DNA from: a virus
Direction: 5' to 3' (one strand)
DNA length: 64,000 bases
IMG/VR virus record: IMGVR_UViG_3300045988_119557
Coordinates: 1 to 64,000 of that record
Part shown: positions 57,961 through 64,000 of the stretch, one piece after another
How positions within the stretch are numbered: the first letter of the stretch is position 1
How the letters are laid out: each line of letters starts with the position of its first letter
Notes under the pieces: generated by a model
Databases searched by the model: none
What the model saw: only the letters and a program-made list of their open reading frames with translations
What the model was told of the DNA's origin: nothing
Made by a program: the position numbers and the translations under genes

Positions 57961-58437
57961 TTAGATCTTAGTTGCGGCTTCACTGGTGACTTTCTCCCAT
58001 TCTCCGTTACCTTCGTGCTCGCCTTTATCTGTACCTTTTTCTTTGCCATAGCCTAATTCGATTAATGTCATTATTGAATAAGAAGCCAAGTCCATTAATG
58101 TATCCGCGATAGATTCGTCATTAACTTTTTGATTCTTTTTAGTTGTTAAAGAGATAATGCGATTCATTTTATCGCTCATTCGCGTAATTGAGGATATAAT
58201 CCCAAGTTTTTTAAATGTTTCGCCAAATGAATCGCCATAATCACTGTTTTTTCTTTCATAAAGAGATGCAAGAGAATTTGCAATTGATTTGAACTGCGCA
58301 ACTTTATCTATTCTCTTTGTTCCAAAATATTCTGGGAATTCTATCATTCCAAATGGCTTTGTATCGTCAGTCATCCAATAAATAGGTTTTGCGCTACCTA
58401 CTACATGAACACAATTACTGTTATTCTCCTCTTTCAT
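57961..58437 (-). CDS. DUF1599-like (MazG-superfamily, nucleotide-modification-associated) protein
   Basis: YERKNSDYGDSFGETFKKLGI...RMSDKMNRIISL...ESIADTLMDLASYSIMTLIE. Confidence 0.55.
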   Translation of the reverse strand: MKEENNSNCVHVVGSAKPIYWMTDDTKPFGMIEFPEYFGTKRIDKVAQFKSIANSLASLYERKNSDYGDSFGETFKKLGIISSITRMSDKMNRIISLTTKKNQKVNDESIADTLMDLASYSIMTLIELGYGKEKGTDKGEHEGNGEWEKVTSEAATKI

Positions 58438-59029
58438 TTTCTCCTTCTTTTAAAACTTCTTGTTTAAATCTCTCTGCCGCCAAAATATTCTTTCTAAACT
58501 CTTCGTCTTCAATTGGGGTTTCTTCTTGAATAGGAGCGTCTAATTTGCTTTGGAAGAATTCTATTTGCTTTTTAGTTATATATGTAGCTAAATCAATCCA
58601 ATATTCGTCATTTGTAAAGCAAATAAGAGGATTTAGTATAATAGAGAAAGTTCCAGAGAACAGCAAATCATAATTCTCTTTTTCTTGTTCGGTTAAGAGG
58701 TCATAATTCCCCTTCAGTTCAATAAGAGACTTCAAATGTCCATAAAGGGAATGTAGCCACGGTCTTACATACATTCTAAAACCATTTGCGCTTACTATTA
58801 TCCCAGATTTTGTTTCGTACAGTTTAAAACTCTCAAAATCAAGTTCTTTTTGGGTTTCAGAACAAGGCACATGTATCAATGTAGGCTCAATACATAATTG
58901 TTCCTTTATTGATAAGATGTCATTAATTAATTTCTCACCATAATGTGCGTTATCGCAAAGCCCTTTCAGCTTTGCGATCTTAACGCGTAGTTCTTTGTTC
59001 AATTCTTCTTTAGTTTTAGTTTTCATCAT
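58421..59029 (-). CDS. hypothetical protein
   Basis: Overlapping operon packing on the minus strand. Confidence 0.5.
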   Translation of the reverse strand: MMKTKTKEELNKELRVKIAKLKGLCDNAHYGEKLINDILSIKEQLCIEPTLIHVPCSETQKELDFESFKLYETKSGIIVSANGFRMYVRPWLHSLYGHLKSLIELKGNYDLLTEQEKENYDLLFSGTFSIILNPLICFTNDEYWIDLATYITKKQIEFFQSKLDAPIQEETPIEDEEFRKNILAAERFKQEVLKEGENERGE

Positions 59030-59597
59030 TTTCAGTTTTAGGTTTGCGTCCTCTTCTTTTGGGTGATTCGTCTAATGTTTCAGTATCAACTTCGGAGGCA
59101 GCAGATTTATCTATTACTTTGCTTTCTGTAGGATTTTCAGGATCTTCTACGCCTAACATGTAATCAGTAGTAGTTTTTCTTCCGTTGAACCTACTAATTT
59201 TCTCTTTAATACAGATATTCAACAAACGTTTTTTTAGCGTATCGTTGTCAAGTCCGATTAGACTATCTCGTTCTACACGCTCTCTTTGGCTGATAAAGTT
59301 GATAATATCCTCTTTGGTTTCAACAGCCGGAGTATCAGAAGCACCGAGGCTTAAATAGGGATAAATAGCTACTACACTATGTGGAATGCCTCTGTTGGGA
59401 GATTCTTTCTTTACATTTATTTCCTCCCATGAAAAGAAATCATGTTCTGCTATAACATAATCCTCACAACCAGATTTACGTTTCAGTTTTACAATTGCCT
59501 GTGCCCATACTTTAGAGCCATCATATTCATCGGGAAGTTCCGATATTTTTGCATAAAGCAACATGTCTATCAAAGATTCATCTTCTCTTGTTACCAT
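59016..59597 (-). CDS. hypothetical protein with AT-hook-like C-terminus
   Basis: C-terminal PKRRGRKPKTE. Confidence 0.5.
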   Translation of the reverse strand: MVTREDESLIDMLLYAKISELPDEYDGSKVWAQAIVKLKRKSGCEDYVIAEHDFFSWEEINVKKESPNRGIPHSVVAIYPYLSLGASDTPAVETKEDIINFISQRERVERDSLIGLDNDTLKKRLLNICIKEKISRFNGRKTTTDYMLGVEDPENPTESKVIDKSAASEVDTETLDESPKRRGRKPKTENDEN

Positions 59598-59672
59598 GAT
59601 TTTTATATTTTAAATTATGAATTCGCCACAAATATAACTTTTTTAAGTCGTATTTACAACCGAGTAGTATTA

Positions 59673-60431
59673 TTAATTGCGACTCAACAACTTATTAACA
59701 AAGAACACTTGTCCAGCACCAGTCACTTTTGGAGTTTTATTTATGGTAATATGTCCATCACTGTGAGTTATAGCTGTTTCCTTAATCTCAAATAATTTCA
59801 TCTCCATGCTTTTTTGAGTTGGCATATTAAAATCAGATCCTTTTCTTTTTATTAGATAACCATTATCTCTTAACCAAGAAAACATCCTATTTTGTCCCAT
59901 TTCTACTCCATTCTGCTTGATAATTTTAGCCAAATCTCCAATTAGGATAGAAGTTTTGGAAGTAGTCACCGCTTCACTGAACAGAACTTTAGGTTTATCA
60001 ACCTCAATCTTAGCCTCAGCCTCAATCCTTTTCTTTTGTTCCTCTTTCAGATTTTGCAACAGACCAATCATAAAGTCTGGATTAGAGATAGCTTGTTCTA
60101 ATACATTATCTGTCATATATGCGCCATGCTTGCGAATTGAAGGGAGGATTTTGGTAGCTACGTTCATTTGGAAAGATTTGGCAGTTTCATTTGATGCTTT
60201 CATCGCAAGTAGATAGAATGCCTGTTCAGGGATAAAATCATCTTTTCCCAAGATGTTGGGAAAGCCAAAATCAGCCAAGTAGCGGTTGATTGTCTCCCAT
60301 CTTACATACTCCACTCCATTTTTGTTTTGTGTAAACCCTAATCCTCTTGCAATATCTTCTACATTTAGATATGCTACTTCATTTTTAATGTAACCTCTTA
60401 CGTTACTTACTGTGATAATTTCTTTTCCCAT
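59673..60431 (-). CDS. phage antirepressor (KilAC-domain)
   Basis: LIGDLAKIIKQNGVEMGQNRMFSWLRDNGYL...NMPTQKSMEMKLFEIKE...TPKVTGAGQVFF. Confidence 0.75.
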   Translation of the reverse strand: MGKEIITVSNVRGYIKNEVAYLNVEDIARGLGFTQNKNGVEYVRWETINRYLADFGFPNILGKDDFIPEQAFYLLAMKASNETAKSFQMNVATKILPSIRKHGAYMTDNVLEQAISNPDFMIGLLQNLKEEQKKRIEAEAKIEVDKPKVLFSEAVTTSKTSILIGDLAKIIKQNGVEMGQNRMFSWLRDNGYLIKRKGSDFNMPTQKSMEMKLFEIKETAITHSDGHITINKTPKVTGAGQVFFVNKLLSRN

Positions 60432-60448
60432 TTATAATCTATATTAAA

Positions 60449-60814
60449 TTATGCTACAAGTCGAAAGTTTGTATTTTCGATAGACTTATCTGTCATATAT
60501 GAGCCATTCTTGCGAATCGAAGGTAATACTTCGTTGCATACCCAATCTTGAAACTTTTCTGCATTAGGAAGATTTGATTTCATTGTTAATCTATATACTT
60601 CCCCTTCTTTCCCGTACTTTATAGGTTGCACACCACTTTGAGTAGGGGTTTCCAAAACGGTAACCCCCTTACAATGGTCTATAACAGCCTTTGCCGGATT
60701 TGAATAACCGAGAGATTTCGCCACATCAGCCAAACAAAATAAAGGCTCACCGTCAACGACTGATACTCTTACCTTTCCGAACTCTAAATTTTCAAATACC
60801 TTAATTTCTGACAT
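60449..60814 (-). CDS. Bro-N domain protein
   Basis: FENLEFGKVRVSVVDGEPLFCLADVAKSLGY...FQDWVCNEVLPSIRKNG. Confidence 0.75.
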   Translation of the reverse strand: MSEIKVFENLEFGKVRVSVVDGEPLFCLADVAKSLGYSNPAKAVIDHCKGVTVLETPTQSGVQPIKYGKEGEVYRLTMKSNLPNAEKFQDWVCNEVLPSIRKNGSYMTDKSIENTNFRLVA

Positions 60815-60844
60815 AATTTTGATTTTTAATGATTAGTACTATTA

Positions 60845-61045
60845 TTATTTGCTCAACAAAGAGTTAAGCGTCTCTCTAAACTTTTTGTAGTCTTTCAATT
60901 CTTCATCAGACAATACAATAAAGCACATTCCATCAATGTATGTACATTCTAATTTTTCTCTTTTGATTAATCTCCAAATCCATGGTACGGTAACACCTTT
61001 CATGTCAGCGTAATTTTTGACCTTAATAAGATTTTCTAACTTCAT
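60845..61045 (-). CDS. excisionase/MerR-like HTH protein
   Basis: VKNYADMKGVTVPWIWRLIKREKLECTYIDGMCFI. A -7 box (CAAAtaTA on the plus strand) lies at 61075-61082. Confidence 0.6.
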   Translation of the reverse strand: MKLENLIKVKNYADMKGVTVPWIWRLIKREKLECTYIDGMCFIVLSDEELKDYKKFRETLNSLLSK

Positions 61046-61144
61046 GTTATTTATTGTTTATTGGTTTAACAGTACAAATATAGCGTTAATTACCATATAC
61101 ATCCAAATAAAAAAATAATATTTTCAGAATTTAACATTGTTTTA

Positions 61145-61177
61145 TAAAAAAAGCGGCAAGAACTAAGTCTCACCGCT
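61145..61177 (-). terminator. Rho-independent terminator (minus strand)
   Basis: On the minus strand, AGCGG-16 nt-CCGCT is followed by T7. Confidence 0.5.
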
Positions 61178-61216
61178 CAAAACAATTATGAACAAAATTT
61201 AAACTAAAGATTTCTG

Positions 61217-61771
61217 TTACCAGATTTTATATCCTGCGCCAATATTATATACGGGCTTGTTCCCAAAGACTCCTATACCACCATTTAAATAAAATCCTTT
61301 TGGGAATGTAATAGCAACATTTAAAGTTGGTATATAGTTCTGATCAAAGTAAGAAACTTGTCCATAAAGATACCCTTGTGTTTTTTTAGGAGGATATATG
61401 GTTTTCGTTTCCGTATTTGTTATTGTCTTATATTCCGTTTTATTAAAGACATTTATTTTATCCAATGAAGGATTATACCCCGACACCCAAGCTTCATATC
61501 TACCATCTTCTTTATAATATTTCTGTTCTATTGGAAGTATTATTTTAGAAGAGTCAGAAGTATATATGTAAATAGTATCAATAATCTTTTTTTCTTTAAA
61601 TATTGGAGATACTAATTCAAGAGTATCGTATTTTACTACCCAAACCGTATCTGTCTGAAAAACCGTAGTAGGCTTCTCTAATGGTTTATTAAAATACGGG
61701 ACAATTGCTATTATCACTAATAATATGATGATAATATATGCAAGAGCATTACAACGCTTTAAGGCACTCAT
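61217..61771 (-). CDS. membrane-anchored beta-rich protein with OMP-like C-terminal signature
   Basis: N-terminal TM ALAYIIIILLVIIAIV, alternating beta-like C-terminal region, ends GAGYKIW (terminal aromatic). Confidence 0.55.
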   Translation of the reverse strand: MSALKRCNALAYIIIILLVIIAIVPYFNKPLEKPTTVFQTDTVWVVKYDTLELVSPIFKEKKIIDTIYIYTSDSSKIILPIEQKYYKEDGRYEAWVSGYNPSLDKINVFNKTEYKTITNTETKTIYPPKKTQGYLYGQVSYFDQNYIPTLNVAITFPKGFYLNGGIGVFGNKPVYNIGAGYKIW

Positions 61772-61930
61772 ATCAAATTTTACACTTGTCTATTTTGACG
61801 TTTCACTGAACCACTACTTCTTAGGTAACTTTCGCCACGTTCGTCCATAGTTGGGTTCTCACCGTCCAAACCCCAGTGTGCCACTGGTTCTGTTAATAAA
61901 TTCTGTTCTTGCAGTCCGAATCGTTTAATA
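61772..61930 (-). ncRNA. candidate omega-RNA (reRNA) scaffold overlapping the tnpB 3' end
   Basis: Locally GC-richer, with adjacent hairpins CCAGTG-tgc-CACTGG (61873-61887) and GGGTT/AACCC (61853-61873). Known TnpB guide RNAs overlap the 3' end of the ORF. Confidence 0.3.
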
Positions 61931-63000
61931 TTCTGTGCTGCATTTAAGTCTCTGTCATTTACTATTCCACACTTAGGGCAAGTCCATGTACGGTCAGATA
62001 GTTTCATCCCCCAGTTTACATATCCACATCCACACATTTTAGATGAAGGCTGAAATCTACCGATGCGAATCAAAGTCTTTCCATACCATTTGCACTTGTA
62101 TTCAAGCATAGAAAAGAAAGTAGACCAACCAACAGAACCTATTGAACGGGCTAAATGATGATTCTTCATCATACCCTTAACGTTCAAATCCTCTATGATA
62201 ATCGCTTGGTTTTCGCGAACAAGTTTAGTACTAATCTTGTGAAGATAGTCCGTCCGTTGGTTGGTTACTTTCTCATATTGTCTTGCTAACCGCTTTCTAA
62301 TTCTTTCACGTCTATTCCCTCCTTTTTTAGCCTTACTGAAACGTCTTTGCAGTTGTTTTAGTTTGACTGTTGATTTCTCCAAGTATTTTGGATTCTTATA
62401 CACATCACCATTGGAACATACTGCAAAGTCTTTAATTCCTACATCAATCCCAATAGTCCCGTCATACGTTATGTTTTCCTTAGCTGGAAAATCTTTATCA
62501 TCATCCACCAATACGCTAATATAGTATTTATCAGTAGGAGTTTTTGATACTACAACTGAAGTTGTTCTCCCTTCAAATGCACGGTTAGCTGCAAACTTCA
62601 CCCATCCTATCTTTGGGAGTCTTACTTTGTTGCTGTCTAAGTCAACCACTACTGAATTGATAGCTTTATACGACTGTCTATTATCATGCTTTGACTTGAA
62701 TTTAGGAAATCCTTTCTTTTCCCTAAAGAATCTCGTAAAAGCGGAATCAAGATTGCGAATTGACTGTTGCAGGCATTCGTTTGACAGCTCTTTTAGCCAC
62801 TCCATCCCCTCTTCCTTTTTCAAGCCTGTAAGCATCTTGCACAGATCAATAGAATTTATCCGCCTTTTTTCTGTCTGATATGCTTCAATGCGTTTGTTCA
62901 AAGCCCAATTATATACATACCTCGCGCACCCAAAAGACTTCGCAAAGAAAATCTTCTGTTCTTTTGTAGGATGTAATCTGTATTTGTAGGCTCGTAACAT
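61780..63000 (-). CDS. tnpB: TnpB RNA-guided endonuclease (OrfB)
   Basis: MLRAYKYRLHPTKEQ start. RuvC-I IGIDVGIKDF, RuvC-II IIIEDLNVKGM, zinc finger CGCG...CPKCG, RuvC-III NDRDLNAAQNI. Confidence 0.9.
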   Translation of the reverse strand: MLRAYKYRLHPTKEQKIFFAKSFGCARYVYNWALNKRIEAYQTEKRRINSIDLCKMLTGLKKEEGMEWLKELSNECLQQSIRNLDSAFTRFFREKKGFPKFKSKHDNRQSYKAINSVVVDLDSNKVRLPKIGWVKFAANRAFEGRTTSVVVSKTPTDKYYISVLVDDDKDFPAKENITYDGTIGIDVGIKDFAVCSNGDVYKNPKYLEKSTVKLKQLQRRFSKAKKGGNRRERIRKRLARQYEKVTNQRTDYLHKISTKLVRENQAIIIEDLNVKGMMKNHHLARSIGSVGWSTFFSMLEYKCKWYGKTLIRIGRFQPSSKMCGCGYVNWGMKLSDRTWTCPKCGIVNDRDLNAAQNIKRFGLQEQNLLTEPVAHWGLDGENPTMDERGESYLRSSGSVKRQNRQV

Positions 63001-63110
63001 AGCTTATTTCTATTGATTCAGTGCAAATATAGTAAACGGTAAACTAAAATGCAACTATATTAGTTTATTTAACTGTTTACTTGGTGTTGGGACGTATATA
63101 AGTGCCCTTG

Positions 63111-63557
63111 TTAATTTTTAATAGTCGTAAGACCGTTAATATTAGTAAATTTAAATGTTGCTAAAATATATGGGGAATTTCCATGCAGATAATCCGAAGA
63201 TGGTTCTACTTTATCGGAGAGAATAATCTCTGCTTGTCTTTTTCTGATAGTATCCCAATACAATATTTTTTTTCCAAGAACATAATTATAAAAGTTGTCG
63301 AAAGTATCACGACGATTGACTCCTATAAATGCAAACACGAATTCAATATCTGTAGCATCTACCGTTGGAGTATCTGGTATGTAGTAATTACTTCCATTGC
63401 TTTCAGGAAATACTTCTGAATAAATTCTTGGCTTACCCTTAGTGGATAGCCCTTTGCATGACACATACTTCATACCAGGGAAATCTACCTCTAAGTTTTT
63501 AACGGGTTGCGTTGTTGGCTTCCCTATCTCTTGCATATAAAAAACCGGATTACTCAT
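63111..63557 (-). CDS. hypothetical protein (weak resemblance to siphovirus distal-tail N-domain)
   Basis: 148-aa beta-rich ORF. The call rests only on my impression of the pattern. Confidence 0.4.
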   Translation of the reverse strand: MSNPVFYMQEIGKPTTQPVKNLEVDFPGMKYVSCKGLSTKGKPRIYSEVFPESNGSNYYIPDTPTVDATDIEFVFAFIGVNRRDTFDNFYNYVLGKKILYWDTIRKRQAEIILSDKVEPSSDYLHGNSPYILATFKFTNINGLTTIKN

Positions 63558-63936
63558 TATCTTTCGGCATTATTCGTTCAACTATAACGCGACTATTAAT
63601 AACATCTCCTGTAATTAAAGGCGAGCCGCCATATACATAGATAAAACATCTGCTATTTGCTCCAATGCTTATATCTATCCTACTATCACCAGCAATAAAG
63701 ATTTTGCAAAAATGATTGGGTTTTATTTTGAGATCTGTATTACTATCTAATACACACAAAAGAGTAGTAGAAACCTCAAAGTTGTCGTCGTTGTATTCAC
63801 ACAACATAGCCCCAGTGTATCCATGACCTTTATCATTTTTATATTCGCAAATATATTTTCCATTTACATAGGCTTTAAATTTCTTTGCAAAATATTCAGG
63901 AGACACTCCCCATCCCTCGGCAACAGAAGTAGCCAT
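63550..63936 (-). CDS. hypothetical protein
   Basis: Overlaps the downstream ORF by 8 nt. Confidence 0.45.
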   Translation of the reverse strand: MATSVAEGWGVSPEYFAKKFKAYVNGKYICEYKNDKGHGYTGAMLCEYNDDNFEVSTTLLCVLDSNTDLKIKPNHFCKIFIAGDSRIDISIGANSRCFIYVYGGSPLITGDVINSRVIVERIMPKDNE

Positions 63937-64000
63937 AAATTCTGCTCCATTAGCGTCACAAGCAATTTCAAATAATTCTCTATTGCTTTTTTCAGAAGTC

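Larger units (their letters stand above)
61772..63110 (-). mobile_element. tnpB-only IS200/IS605-family (IS1341-like) element; ends approximate
   Basis: It fills the whole gap between two co-oriented phage genes. It has its own -7 box (63024-63031) and GTAAAC direct/inverted repeats plus a TAAACTA/TAGTTTA hairpin (63040-63067) at the left end. Confidence 0.6.

Noticed and set aside
61780-63000. Nuclease-dead TnpB-derived transcription factor (TldR-like).
   Set aside because: All three RuvC catalytic residues and the zinc finger are present, so the protein looks like an active TnpB.

Overview
AT-rich, densely packed tailed-phage or prophage segment, judged by eye with nothing computed. The host is probably Bacteroidota, because the Bacteroides-type -7 promoter box TAnnTTTG sits 15-30 nt upstream of many gene starts. 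Layout: (1) 1-19.2 kb on the plus strand holds early, DNA-metabolism and recombination genes. These include a small serine recombinase, an amino-methyltransferase, a Rad50/SbcC-like ATPase, an SSB-like protein, RecT, an MBL-fold nuclease, a RuvC-like resolvase, a broken C5-methyltransferase, a DUF2400-like fusion, MazG, and several free-standing HNH/AP2 endonuclease genes. (2) 19.3-25.6 kb holds antirepressor paralogues flanking a minus-strand island of orphan genes with odd composition. (3) 25.7-36.9 kb on the minus strand is the tail and head arm: tape measure, G/G-T chaperones with a T9 slippery site, tube, connectors, capsid and scaffold. (4) 37.0-56.6 kb on the plus strand holds an intein-containing large terminase, portal, a 2708-aa fibre with a C-terminal S74-type chaperone domain, and a duplicated small-ORF plus receptor-binding-like module, one copy of which carries an (AG)14 tract. 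(5) 56.7-63.9 kb on the minus strand is a second regulatory arm with more antirepressors, an excisionase-like HTH, DUF1599, and a catalytically intact tnpB-only element that fills an intergenic gap. I saw no rRNA, tRNA, CRISPR array, reverse transcriptase or tyrosine integrase. All family names come from motif recognition by eye and need HMM or BLAST confirmation.
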